A stretch of DNA of 63,813 bases, counting the filler, from Olpidium bornovanus S191 (Eukaryota; Fungi; Olpidiomycota), in the NCBI GenBank assembly GCA_017911155.1. It is 30 parts of 30 records of this genome, joined end to end, with 100 filler letters (N's around TTAATTAATTAA, not from the genome) between each part and the next. Parts side by side here need not be neighbours in the genome. Positions count along the whole stretch, not along the records: positions 9,921 to 11,646 come from JAEFCI010012298.1; positions 11,747 to 13,328 come from JAEFCI010013292.1; positions 13,429 to 15,755 come from JAEFCI010003669.1; positions 15,856 to 17,588 come from JAEFCI010005575.1; positions 17,689 to 19,508 come from JAEFCI010012878.1; positions 19,609 to 21,221 come from JAEFCI010000335.1; positions 21,322 to 23,494 come from JAEFCI010007254.1; 23 more parts are not named here. The stretch is one strand, 5' to 3'. Positions 10,421-22,963 of this stretch are shown here, one piece after another. The notes beneath the pieces are model-generated. The model had not been told where the DNA came from, did not search any database, and was given only the letters and a program-made list of their open reading frames with translations. Every line of letters begins with the position of its first letter. Positions within the stretch are counted from its first letter, which is position 1. Position numbers and translations under genes: made by a program.

Positions 10421-11772
10421 AATACCTACACAGGTTGCAGGCTTTCCAAACTATTGCTCTTGACCGATAACCGACGGTGGAGAATACCCTCCTCCTCTGC
10501 GAGCGCGAGATCGTCTTGTCGTACGATACGCGTCTTCGGCAGCGTTAAAGAACGTTTTTTCCTGGCAGCAGGCTCAGAAACCGTGTGCATTTTTTGGCGT
10601 TCGCGTGGTCTCTGCGGCTGTTATCGATCAGATATATGCCGAACCGTTGCGCGCGACGCATTAACCAGGCTGCCCCAATTAAGCAGTTGCCGCTTACATC
10701 CGGAGACTGCCGTACCGCGTTAGCAGCCGGCGAGCCTATTCCTTCCTCGAATTCGGCAACAGCTCGCCTTCTCCACCAGCTCGCGAGGACGCTGGCAAAG
10801 CCAAACCCCCCAGCGGCGATGCTCCGCTCCGCGGGCCCGATAAGGATTACGGCTTTCTGCGTCGGGTGCATTGTCTGCCGTTCGCAGCTGTGGTGTTCCC
10901 GGTGTCCGCGCATCAGGACGGGATTTTCCGGCCCTGCGAGACCCGACACGCTCTCGTGCCCACGGTGGCCTACGTCATCACGGGACCAGAGCACCGCCGC
11001 TGGAGAGCCGATGGCGTCGGGTGGCGTCCGCGCCGGAGCGGACTTGGTGGACCTGGGTGGGTTGCCGTGGGCATCGCATGCGAGCAGCGGTCGGGTGTCA
11101 GGCACCGGAGGACACGTACAGTCTTCGCCGCCGGGGGGTCTGGGGCCGGTTTCGGCAAGGTGACCACGGTCCGTGGAGAGCATGTGGTTTTTTTTTTTTT
11201 TCTTATTTTCTTGGGCGGTTGAGGGGGGTGAGGGTGGGGCAAGAGGGGGAAGGGGGGAAGGGGGAAATTGGGCCGGGGCTGGTGAGGGGCGGCTGGCGTT
11301 TGTCACGGTCTCACACTCCGGCCGGTGGTTTTTCTTTTTTTTTTTTTTTTGGTTTTTCCCGCTGGGTGAGGGTTTTGCTTCCTGTGAGATTTCGCAACGG
11401 GTTGTTTTTCTTGTTACCTGGACAAACATACACTCCGCTCAGACCAGCGAGGTTCTGGCATCGATAATGGCTGGCGCATCGTGCTCGGCCTGCGAACGGC
11501 ACAGGGAAGTTGGGGGCGGTGGGCGGCTCGCCAACTCTACGTGCACGATGCAGACTGCGCGTCTCGAGGGCAGTCAAGAGATCGAGTGCTCGACGTCGAG
11601 CTGCCAGTCGTTGTCCGGCACGGCATTGAATGGCGCGCCTACGTGGNNNNNNNNNNNNNNNNNNNNNNNNNNNNNNNNNNNNNNNNNNNNTTAATTAATT
11701 AANNNNNNNNNNNNNNNNNNNNNNNNNNNNNNNNNNNNNNNNNNNNCTCTCTCTTTTTTTTTTTTTTTTCTC

Positions 11773-11814
<42 letters not shown>

Positions 11815-11871
11815 CCCCTTAATGGGCCCCCCCCCCCCTCCCCACCTTTCTCTCGCCGCCGCCCCCCGACC

Positions 11872-11935
11872 ATGCCCGTCTCCCGGAAGCCGCCGCCGCC
11901 GCCGCCGCTCCCGCTTCTGCTGCTGCGGCTGCCGC

Positions 11936-11979
<44 letters not shown>

Positions 11980-13020
11980 TGCCGCCGCCGGCAAATACCG
12001 CCCCTCTGCTGCCGCCCCGCCGCCGCCGCCGCCGCCGCCGCCGCCTCGCGCGCTTCCTCCTCCTCCTCCTCCTCCTCCTCCTCCCTGTCGCCGCCGCCGC
12101 CCCCCCGCCTTCCTCCCCCACCCGCTCCGTCTCCTCGCGGACCTCCCCCCGCTTTGTCTTCTGGCGGCCCCCCCGCGGCGAAGCCCGCCGCCGCCGCCGT
12201 TTTCGTCCCGGCCCCCGCGCCCGCCTCCCGCCCGCCGCGGCAGGTCACCGCCGTGTGGGACCTCGGCGAGCGCACCTTCACCGACCTGTACTTCGACGAC
12301 CCCGACGCCTCCTACCCTCTCACCACCCGGAACGTCTGGCTGCGCACGCGCGGCTGCGCCTGGAACCTGAAGGCGCCCCCCGAGCCGGAGTCCGGGCCCG
12401 GGTCCGCGCCCGCCGCTCCCGCCCTGCGCGAGGTCGACGGCGCCGAGCGCGTCCTCGACCGCCTGGAGGCCTACGCCGCCGCCGGCGTCATCCGCCCCAG
12501 GTCGTGGTCCGACGCCACGTTCCGCGTCGTCCGCGGCGGCGGCCTGCGCTCCCCAGGGGACATCCAGGCCTTCTTGCGCACCTGCTACGACCTCGTCCCC
12601 GTCTGCTCCTTCGCCACCACCCGCCGCTCCTTCGTCCTCGACGGCCGCTTCCGCCTCGACCTCGACACCGCAGACTTCGGCCACGACGTCGGCGAGCTGC
12701 AGCTCGCCGTCCCGCTGCCCCTCGACGCCACCCGCGCGCAGACAAGGGACCTCCTCCGCGCCGCCGAGCGGAGCCTCGAAGGCTTCTGCGAGCGTTACCC
12801 GGCCTACTTCGCCGCCGCCCGCCGCCGCCCCCGCCCCCGCCCCCGCCGGGCCGACCCGAAGGCCAACCCCGGAGCAGGCGGCGGCGGGGAGCCGCAAACG
12901 CCGCCGCCCTTCGGCATCCTCGGGAAGCTCCCGGCGTACATCCGGAGGTTCAACCCGGACCAGTGGAACGCGCTCGTGAAAGCGGGGGTCTTCGACGAGG
13001 ACTTTCCCGGCGCGGAATGA
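11872..13020 (+). CDS. THTPA: Thiamine-triphosphatase-like CYTH-domain protein; 5' part is low complexity and uncertain, core ~12241..13020
   Basis: TFTDLYFDD..NVWLRTR..WNLK, FATTRRSF, LDLDTADFGHDVGELQL and GKLPAYIRRFNP mirror the THTPA motifs TFRDTYYD, WLRRR, WELK, DLDTADFGYAVGEVE and AKLIVYLQRFRP. Confidence 0.85.
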
Positions 13021-16000
13021 AGAGAAAAAAACGCCCAAAAAGCTCCGTCGGTCGGCGTTCTCCCGCGCGCCGGGCGTTCCAACTCCTCGCTCGCCCCTTG
13101 CCCCAAAAATTCGGCGCGCGCGCTGGTTGTAAATACAACGTGCCGCGCAAAGACAAACCGTCATCAGCACAACGGATTTGAAAAAAAAAAAAAAAAAATT
13201 CAAAAGAGGGGCGTCGAAAATATATCAAAATGCTTCTTCTTCGTTTGACGCCAGCGTAACAAATCTCGAGCGCGTTAAAATGCTCTCTTTTCGGCGCGCG
13301 CGTTCCCGCCACGCCCCCCCCCCACCCCNNNNNNNNNNNNNNNNNNNNNNNNNNNNNNNNNNNNNNNNNNNNTTAATTAATTAANNNNNNNNNNNNNNNN
13401 NNNNNNNNNNNNNNNNNNNNNNNNNNNNCATGCACAAAAAGTGAAGAACATAGGGTTGGTTTACCGGTTAACCGGACAGTCGGGGGGAACCCTCCGCCCC
13501 TCTCCCCTTCCTCCTTCCCCGGCTGGTGGCACCACTCCTTATTATCGTTTGTACTATTCACGTCGCGTCCCCCCTCCTTGTTTTGCTCCAATTTCGGCTG
13601 CTTTTCCTTTTTTTTTGGTTCTTACCGTCCTTTCCCCCTCTGATTTAAATTCACGAAATCTGCTATGGGCGATGCAACATTCGCTTTCATTTTTTTATCG
13701 TGCCTTTCGGTTCGTTTTTTTTTCGTTTCCCCTTGTAAAACTTTCTGTGGTCCACCTGGTTTTGGCCACGTTAAACCTGGTTCTCATCCCGCTTGCTCTC
13801 CCCCCTCCTCTCGTCCCCTTCCGTGGCGTGTACCACATATGCCCTCTGCTGGCAAATTCTTGGGAATACGCCTTTTTAGGTTTTTCTTTCTTATTAAAGC
13901 TTTGTTGAACCCCCTGCCTATATTTACTTCCGTTTTATCTTTTCGTGTTTTTTTTATCGCGTAACATTTTTTTTTTTTGGTCAAGGTAAAGAAACTCGTT
14001 CTGGGTTGTCAGGGCGATAATGCGGCGTGTTTCGTGAAAAAAGGAGTGGAGCCATTCGCTCGGGCGATGCTGCTCGGCGCGTCAACTTTCGCCGGCGATA
14101 TGAGCCCAACGCGAGACGGCGAAAAGTATTCCCAGGAAACAAAAATCGAGCAATCAACCGCCGTGGCCGCAGACGCTGCGCGTGTCAGCGTTGTTAAGGA
14201 TAAGCCGACGTGTTGGAGAGCCCAGTGGGGACAAACGCTTACCGGAAATGACACTTCGGGGCCGGTTTGCAAAGGGGCCTTGTCCGCTTAAAAAAAAAAC
14301 GGGGAAAATTGGAGAGGTTGAGGACGAGAGGCTAAAGGCCACATACTACGGCCACCAATCCCCGCACTGGCCTCTGTAATGGCTAGGAATATCACGGTTA
14401 CAAAAGGGAAATAGATGGTGTCATGCACACTGCAGGATACGCACTACGGCCACGTGATCAAACCTGACGCAAAATCCCAGAAGGTGCGTCCTTCCTTTCA
14501 CTTTGAATTTTTTTCGGATTTGGGGAGCGAGATACAACAAGGTGCCGAGGGCAGCCAAGTACGGCACTTCGGGTCTGAATACTCTCCCCGCCCCCCACCC
14601 CCCACCCCTCCTGCGCACGGACGGAACGAGCCACTCACAGCGTCGAGCGAGCATACGACCATTTGGGACGACAATGGCGAGTCGTCGTCTGGCATCCGCA
14701 ATTGCTTCATGACTTCGCTTTGTGTACATGGATTGACGAACGAGTATGCCGTTTTTTAGGTGTTCGATCATTATGCACCGAGTTATGCCTGGCCGAACCT
14801 TCTTCCCATGTCTCTGTTGCAGCCGGTAGGAGTGGTGAAAACTCCAAAGTTGATTTACTTAATGATAACCCTAGACAGACCCGCACGAAACCAGATGCGT
14901 TGGGATGCTTCACGCCGAGGGCTATCCAGCGAGCCAAAGAACGTCCGGTTTGGACCATTACGCACTGAGTTATGCCTAGTCGAACTCTCATCTCGGGACA
15001 CAGGAAGAAGAAGTAAACAGTAAAATATCTGAAATTGATTTTCTCAATGGCGCGTATACATCTAAATCGTGTAGAGTAACATATGTTAGACAATATCAAT
15101 CTCAGCGGTTACCACACATGTATGTTTCAGTAGGAACCCCACGAAGATTACAAACCCCCAAATCCAGATCCAGACCCCAAGAGCTAAAACAATAGATGCC
15201 ATGGTTAACCCTGGGATTTTCCGAGGTTTTTGTGGTGGACCTCCCGAGCGGATCATACCAGCATTTAAGGCTTAGGTTTAACCTCGAAAAGGGAATCGCC
15301 CCTGTTACCGTTTATTTGAGTTTTCGTTGGTCCTTCGACGACGAGGCAAAAGAGTTCGGGCATCCCGGGCCAGCCGGGGCCCCTACGTCTTTGTCGCGCG
15401 CCGATGCCCTTGCTTGCTCCCACAGCCGGTAATATTCTGAACTTGAGCGCCGCCCCCTGCCCTTCCCCCTCCCCGTTTCGTCCCCGCTCTCCCTGTCTCC
15501 TCTTCCCCTCCCCCCGGGCTGGGGGCGGGGCGATGGGGGGAAGGGACAGGGGATGAAGCTCCCGCCGTCTGCTCCCAGCAGACAAGGGCGGTGCAGGCCC
15601 CGCCAGCGGCAGGGGAAGCAAGTTGGAGGATGTGGTCATGTGTGTTCTTTCTCGGCCCCTCCTGTTGCCGACAGCGAACAGCACCGCACTCCCCGCCGTT
15701 CCCCTGGGGAATGGGGATTCGCGAGGAGGCAGGGAGCACAAAATTATCACATCCGNNNNNNNNNNNNNNNNNNNNNNNNNNNNNNNNNNNNNNNNNNNNT
15801 TAATTAATTAANNNNNNNNNNNNNNNNNNNNNNNNNNNNNNNNNNNNNNNNNNNNCATGCTTGTCGCAGAACGCGCCTCCGGTTTATCTTATTTTGTTTT
15901 TGGCATATTCCCCGGACGCTCGTTTGCCTCCGTTCCAGCCCGGGGTAATCGCCGTTTGGAATTTTGTGTCAATCGCCTACACTTTTCGCATCCTGACAAA

Positions 16001-16477
16001 TAATCAGCATCCACGTAGACAAAACACTCGCACACACACATACACCCGTTCCCATCGCTTGCACTGAGCGTAGATTCGGTTGCCGTACCGGGTTGCCGAC
16101 CAAATTTTGGCCGTCCACTGGAACCCGGATGGAGATTTTCAATCTTTGTATACCATGCGCCACTTTTTACTATGATTCTGCATATACTGTACATAAAGTA
16201 CGGAGACCTGTCAACGTTTGATTTGTGTTGAGAGCCACTTTTTCCGCGGCCCAGCCCCTCTGTGAGCAAACGACCCTGCAGCGTTCGCTGCTGCGTCCGC
16301 AAGCAAAAACAAGAAGAAATAAAAGTGAGAAAAAGGAAGGAAAAAAAAAAGAGGCCGAGTGAGGGCGGGCGGCCGCGGTGCACGGCGGTCCTGTCGGAAA
16401 CGGGTTGGCGTTATGCGAGAGGTCGTTTGGCAAGGGAAACTAAGCAGGTGAATTTGGAATATAAAGCGAAACCTGGT

Positions 16478-16690
16478 TTTTTATTTTATTTTAATTTATT
16501 CTATTTTATTTTGTTTTATTTTATTTTATTTTATTTTATTTTATTTTATTTTATTTTATTTTATTTTATTTTATTTTATTTTATTTTATTTTATTTTATT
16601 TTATTTTATTTTATTTTAGTTTATATTATTTTATTTTAGTTTACTTTATTTTATTTTATTTTAGTTTACTTTATTTTATTTTATTTATTT
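16478..16690. repeat. (TTTTA)n pentanucleotide microsatellite
   Basis: About 40 TTTTA units with a few variants. Confidence 0.97.
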
Positions 16691-17019
16691 TGTCATATTT
16701 TTCTGATCCGCCTGTCGTCGCCTCACCTGACGTTTGGTGCGGGTAACATTATTAGTTTATTTTAGTGTAACGTATATCGCACTACACTTTATGTCGACCA
16801 ATTATATAATAATAATGGCTTGGCGGGAGTTTCGAAATTCTTCGAGGTAGCCCAAACTCTGACACCGCAGTTGCTGTGCCGGCTGCTCCTCTCCCACCCT
16901 CACGGCTCCCTCGCCCGTGGTCCGCAGCTTCCGCCACTTCCAATGGATCCAACTCCTGCGTCAAACGATGCGCTCGTGGTCGTAGGCCACGGGTACTCCC
17001 ACCACCGCGAGACCGCGGA

Positions 17020-17340
17020 GAGTACAGTCACGACGATAAAGGTTTCGCCAATGAGGTAAAGCCAGAACCTCTCGCAAGCGCAGATGATAAAGATGCCTTT
17101 CTTTTCCTGCGCGCGACACTTGCATTTCAACGTCGACGAGACTGCGGCTTGCAAAAGCGACGGGGTGCAATCTATTGTCTTTCTCCTTCAGGCAGAGGAA
17201 TGCGCCAAGACGCCGGTCGTCGCTGGCATCTGTTTGCGGGGTGAACGTAAACGAGTGAAATCCGGGAGCTTGAGAGCCGGCGGAGACGTCATCGCATAGT
17301 TCGGTTACCGCCTGATTCTTCAATTACGGCATGTTTCGAG
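17020..17340 (-). mobile_element. Ty3/gypsy RNase H relic (frameshifted)
   Basis: FTPQTDASD..LGAFLCLKEKDNRLHPVAFASRSL, then after a frameshift AQEKKGIFIICACERFWLYLIGETFIVVT; typical gypsy RT_RNaseH consensus. Confidence 0.88.
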
Positions 17341-18118
17341 GGATTTTCTTGAGATATGTACCTCCTGCGGGTCAATGCTGCCTGGATTCGCAAAACAACA
17401 AAACTTTCAACGCCGAATCCACTCGTTTTTCCCTGGTTTTGTGGCACATTCCACGTGTCATCTCACACATGGAACCACTAGCTTTTTGGGAAATTTGTAG
17501 ATATTGGTCTAACTTGGTAGGAATTTGTCCGAAGCGGCTTGCCTGCTCTTCGCCCCGGTGTCACGGCACAGGTTGGTTCCGTCGGCGCNNNNNNNNNNNN
17601 NNNNNNNNNNNNNNNNNNNNNNNNNNNNNNNNTTAATTAATTAANNNNNNNNNNNNNNNNNNNNNNNNNNNNNNNNNNNNNNNNNNNNCATGGGGGAAAA
17701 CCGGACAGAGCCGGCGCGAAGCCACCTTCTTTCGCCACTCCTCCCTCTCCAAACAAACAGACAGACAGACGGACAATACACGTCCTGTCCTGGCCCTCTC
17801 CACCAAACTCGCAGCCACGCCGGGGAAAATCACCGAAAGAGCAAGAGGATTTGGGACCGGATGTGAATCCGACCAAGCACAAGAAGCTGGTTGGGGCCCT
17901 GCTGTTCGTCAGCATGACCACACACCCCGATGTTAACTCAGCCAAAGCAGTTGTTACAGGAGCGGCGACGTTGTGAGCGCTCTGCTACCTGAACGGGACG
18001 ACGGAGGTGACATTGTTAAAAGCATTGCGATGCCCAGGTTCATCCCAACGTTTTTGCGACGCCATGCCGAACGCCGGGATTTCACCGAACCACTAGCGAA
18101 CACGTCTTTGTCATGCAG

Positions 18119-19059
18119 GAGGGCCGGTCAGCTGATGATGGTTTTGATGTACACCGCGACCGACGCTGTCGTCGACCAAATCGTCACGGTTTCTAAGAAG
18201 CCTAATGTAACCTTTATCCGAGAATTACATGACAACGCCGGCTGCCGGGATCTTGTTATCGGCCTATTGTCGACTTACGTGATGTACGCGGTCGCCAGTT
18301 TACTTTACTTTGAACCCTGGCACATGATTACCAGCATTTTTCGGTACTTGTTGATTTTGCCCGCCACGATCAACGTTCTCATGGTCTACGCGTTCTGCAA
18401 CACCCATGACGTATCGTGGTAAGTTTTCACGCAACCCCGCCTCCTTTCTTTTCAGTGACTCTCGTCCGTTTTGTACAATTCTCTTTTGGTGCCTCGGAAA
18501 TAGCAGTTGCACTCCGTTAATTCTCTCGCTCGCCAATTGCCAGGGGCACGAAAGGCGACAACGCTGGCAAGGTGGACCTTCTTCCGGCGGTCGTGAAGAC
18601 CAACGATGACGGGTTGCAAACTGCGGACGTCGAGCTGGTGACGGAAAACGCGTACATCAACGAGGCGTACCACCGTACCGTTCGTGCGCTGGCTTTTCGT
18701 AGTCGAGAGAAGCACGACGAGCGCGATGTCGCGACAAAGGAGACGGACGCTTACCAAGTAATGTTTTCCGCCACGAATTTCGGTTTCCTCCGTCGCTTCT
18801 GCGCTAATCGTATTTTTAATCCGCTCCCGGCTTCCCCACATTTTGTACGTAGGTGATCCGCATACGCTTTGCGCTCACGTGGATCTTCACAAACGCGGCG
18901 GTCGCCGTCGCCTTGACGATGCCGGCCGCAAACGGAGAGCCGTTTGGTTCTGGCAAAACGTTCAATTATCTCACGTTCATTTTCTGGTTTTTCACATTCC
19001 TGTCGACTATCCGTTTCACGGGCAGCGTGATATTCCTCATTCTCCGGCGTTTTTCTTAA
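18119..19059 (+). CDS. CHS: Chitin synthase (division 1, class I-III type), C-terminal exons
   Basis: LLSTYVMYAVASLLYFEPWHMITS..INVLMVYAFCNTHDVSW|GTKGD..DAYQ|VIRIRFALTWIFTNA..YLTFIFW..IRFTGSVIF. Introns 18419..18543 and 18758..18852. Upstream exon boundary uncertain. Confidence 0.95.
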
Positions 19060-19680
19060 TTTTTTTTTTTTTTTTTTTTTTTTTTACTTCCTATCGACCC
19101 TCCGGAAGGAGGGGAAGACAGAGAAAGAGAGGGAGGAATTGATGCGATTCGCTCTCTTCTTCTTCCCGTCTTCTCATCCTTTTCTCCTTTGTTTGCTGTT
19201 CGCGGCCGAAGGGGAGGAAGCCCGATACTCCAGCTCCTCCTCCTGGCAATAGCACGTTGACGGTCACGTGGCCCGTAGAGAGCGTCATACGGTTCTAAAC
19301 AGAGAGTGAGAAAGAGAAAGGAAATAAGCTACAGCTTAATCCGCCCATCCACGACAGCTTCCGCACCGTCTAGAAATTAGCAATAACTATACCATTGTCA
19401 ACGCACTACTAACTAACTAACCAATTTGAGAATTCTAAATTTCTATATGTAATTATAAACTATCTATCCATATCCCGTCCTTGATTGTTACGTTCTTTTT
19501 TGCATGGGNNNNNNNNNNNNNNNNNNNNNNNNNNNNNNNNNNNNNNNNNNNNTTAATTAATTAANNNNNNNNNNNNNNNNNNNNNNNNNNNNNNNNNNNN
19601 NNNNNNNNCCCCAGCAGAAAGAGAGCAAAGAGACAGACAGGGACGGGGGAGAGAAAACAAAAAAAGAGAGGAGAAAAAAG

Positions 19681-19714
<34 letters not shown>

Positions 19715-19832
19715 GGGAGACCCACGTGCCCCCCGCACAACCGCCCCTTCCTCCTTTTCCCCGCCTTCCCTCCCCCATCCCACACACACACACACACACC
19801 CGCACACACAAACACATCACCACCAACCCAGC

Positions 19833-21221
19833 ATGGCTCCTCGTCGCTCGGAAAGGCTCGCGTCGAGGCTCGCCGCCGCTGAAGGCCCCTGCGCGGGTGC
19901 CGGCCGCCCGGACCGTCCCCACCGCGACCTGGGCGCCCCCGAGAACCCCAGGAAGCGCCCGCGCGATCCGTGCGCCGGGGACGGAGACGCGCGGCGTACC
20001 CGGCGGCGCGTGAGCCCCGCTCCGCCTGCCGGGCCGCCCCGTCGCTCCGGGCGGCTGGCTACGCTCTCCGGAGCCCTGCGCGGGGCGCCCGTCGCCCAGG
20101 CGGCCGCCGCCTCGCCCGCGAGGAGGAAGCGGTCGCGGGAAGGCGACGACGCCGCCGGCGGCGCTGATGAGCCCGGCCGCCGCAGGCGGCCCCGGGCGAA
20201 CCCCGCGCCGCCGGCGGCGTCCTGCGCGCCCGCGGCCGCCGCCCTCGCCGTCACCACCCTCTCCCCTTCCGCCCCCGCCCTCTTCCCCTCCGCCTCCGAC
20301 TCCGCCCCCGCCCTCTCTCCCTCCGTCCCGGACCCCGCCTCCGCCGCCACCGACGCCGCCCTGGCGGTGGGCCTCGCCGTCGCCGTCACCCTCGCTGTCA
20401 CCGCCGCCGCCCACGCCGCCCACGCCGCGCCGGTCCGCGCCCCCACGGCCGGCCCGCCCGTGCGCGCCGCCCCCGCCGACCTTGCCCGCGCCGCCGCCGC
20501 CTCGCCCGTGCGCACCACCGCCGCCGCCGCCGCCCTGTTCCGCGCCGCCACCGCCACTCCGCCCGTGCGCACGCCTGCCGCCCCCGCCGGCAACCCCGCC
20601 GGCACGCCCGCCCGCCTCGAGGCCCGCACCGCCGCCGGTAACCCCGCCCGCGCCGCCGGCAACCCCGCCCGCGCCGCCGGCACGCCCGCCCGCCTCGCCG
20701 CCCGCACCACCGCCGGCACCCCCGCCGGCACCCCCGCCGGCACCCCCGCCCGCCTCGCCGCCGCTGGAACCCCCGCCGGAACCCCCGCCGGCACCTCCGC
20801 CGGCACGCCCGCCCGCACCGCCGCCCGCACCGCCGCCCGCACCGCCGCCCGCACCACTGCCGGCACCCCCGCCGGCACCCCCGCCCGCACCGCCGCCGGT
20901 ACCCCCGCCGGCACGTCCGCCTGCACCGCCGGCACGCCCGCCCGCCTCGCCGCCGTCGACCCCCCCGCCCGCACCGCCGCTGCCGCCATCCCTGCGGATC
21001 CGATAATATCCGACCAGTAAGTGAATACTAACCGATAATCTCTTAAATTTGGACGATTTTATCCATTTTGGCGTGAGGAATCTAATCATTTTAATTTGAT
21101 TTGTTCCTGTTTGTATCAGGGATTCCGTCGACGAGGAAGAGGTGGAAATGGACCTCACCGCCCCCGTCGGCGGGATCCTGGAGGTATTGTCGGGTCCCTG
21201 GACCCCGGCTCCCTCAGCAGG
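19833..21221 (+). CDS. Ala/Pro/Thr-rich repeat protein with two PRRSxRL motifs, spliced, 3'-truncated
   Basis: 395-codon first exon starting MAPRRSERL. AT-rich GTAAGT..CAG intron 21017..21119 splices in frame to QDSVDEEEVEMDLTAP... Confidence 0.6.
20570..20990. repeat. 12-bp GC-rich coding tandem repeats (AGTP, TAAR)
   Basis: GCCGGCACCCCC and ACCGCCGCCCGC units. Confidence 0.85.
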
Positions 21222-21338
21222 NNNNNNNNNNNNNNNNNNNNNNNNNNNNNNNNNNNNNNNNNNNNTTAATTAATTAANNNNNNNNNNNNNNNNNNNNNNN
21301 NNNNNNNNNNNNNNNNNNNNNCATGTTCCTTTCGCCAG

Positions 21339-22963
21339 AAAGCCTACTTGACGTTCAAACAAGGGAACATTTCGGGAATTCAGAAGAAAGTTTTGGCTTT
21401 TAATGAGGTTCTCGGTAACACTTCGGTACGTCATCTATCCCAAATGCCAGGCGTCCTTCCGTTGATTGCAGTTCAGCCACGCGGTCGCAGACCGGCTTGG
21501 TTCACCTCGAGTATCCGTTGCGCTTGGATTTTTGCCTGCTTTTCCAGTTTGCTCTGCACAAGGACGAGGTGGCCACACTTGACAAGGTCACCCGGTGCAT
21601 TGAGGCCAAGACAGAGGCAGACTCGGAGATATGGATGTTGATCGAGAAAATTGCGCATTCGTGGCCGGTCGAAAACCGGTTCCCTGGTATGGTATACTTT
21701 ACTGCGTGCCATGGCTCGATTCGGTCGTTTCAAACGACTCGCAGATGTTTCCGGCGTTCACGCGCCGGACGCGTTTATGGTAGGTTTGGACCTCGCGCGC
21801 CTAGTCTGCCTTACCTCTCCGCCCGTACGGTTCGGTGAAAGCCGGTCCATTGTCACCGGGGCGCTCGACGCCATCGGGTGGCGGCAAGGCGGGAAACAGT
21901 TTTTACGCAAGGATACGGAGATCAATATGCTGATTGCGCTGAGAGTGTTGGCCAACTGCTTCGAAACTGCGGAGGGGAGGATGATCATGGCTATCCCAGG
22001 CGAAGCGCATGCAGTGAGTCGATAGCGCTTCACAGAACAAGAACGAAATAATTATAGGATGGTGGCCACGAAAGTCGGACTCTTACGCGGGCTTACTGCG
22101 CACGACGATTCAATTATTTTTCCAGGTCGCATCATTCCTGAACGGTGCATGGAGTGCCACAACGAGCAAGAACGTTCGACAGGCCGTCGCGACGTTGGCG
22201 GTCAAGTGCGCTGTCTAATGTCAGGGCGGCGAAACGCACGAACACTGAAGGTTAACGGCCGCGCGGCTCTCCTTTTAATTCGCACTTTTCGCAGCTACTC
22301 GGTTCTGATGTCCGACCCTTCCAAGGCGGACGAGGAGGCCGCTCTCGTCCTCACGTCAATGCTTTGTGAAGTACGTGTCGTTCTCAGCGAATGCGCGTTC
22401 ACAACGTGGCAGATCTGGAATAGAATCTGCGGATTCACGCTTCCACTGCCACTTTGGACCGTTTCACTTGCGAAATTCGTCTCTCAGCTGCTCAAAGTTG
22501 AAACGGATTCTGAGACGATTTTTCGGGGCATGGCTGCCCTCGGGACCCTGGTGAGTGTGAGCTTCGTATTGCGTCCCATGGGCCGTCTGGTAGGGATTTG
22601 AGGGGGTTTACGCAGACAAAGTCTTAGAAGACGGAACCCTTCGTTTCACCGCTCAGGCAACGACGCTGGCGTCTGCGAAGGAGGCCGCAGGCCTTCTCGA
22701 CGCCCGAGAGATTGTGCAGAAGCATTTGACATCTGAAGAGAACCGGATCAAGAGCTTAGCTCGTAAGTTGCGGCTTTTGTTTCCTTCTTTTTTGTTGTTG
22801 TTGTTTCCTGGCAGTTGTAATCGTTGATGGTCGTTGTGGGAAAGTAGATTTGTTATAAATGTTGACTGTACGCGTGTGTCCTGACGAAAACTATTATCCC
22901 ATTTCCCCGTCCCTACTCAATTGCTCAGGCGAAGTGCAGAAAGCCCTGGTGCGACCGAAATAG
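21339..22963 (+). CDS. DOA1: Doa1/Ufd3/PLAA PUL domain, C-terminal exons
   Basis: KAYLTFKQGNISGIQKK..WPVENRFPG|LDLARL..EINMLIALRVLANCF..YSVL..TDSETIFRGMAALGTL..RIKSLA|REVQKAL, stop TAG 22961-22963; multiple GT-AG introns. Confidence 0.9.

Noticed and set aside
16085-16160. TGLPTKFWP..IFNLCIP resembling the end of a copia integrase core
   Set aside because: Single short motif with no DDE residues nearby; possible but unsupported.
16135-16185. IIVKSGAWYT on the minus strand resembling the RecA C-terminus
   Set aside because: Isolated short match with no RecA core around it.
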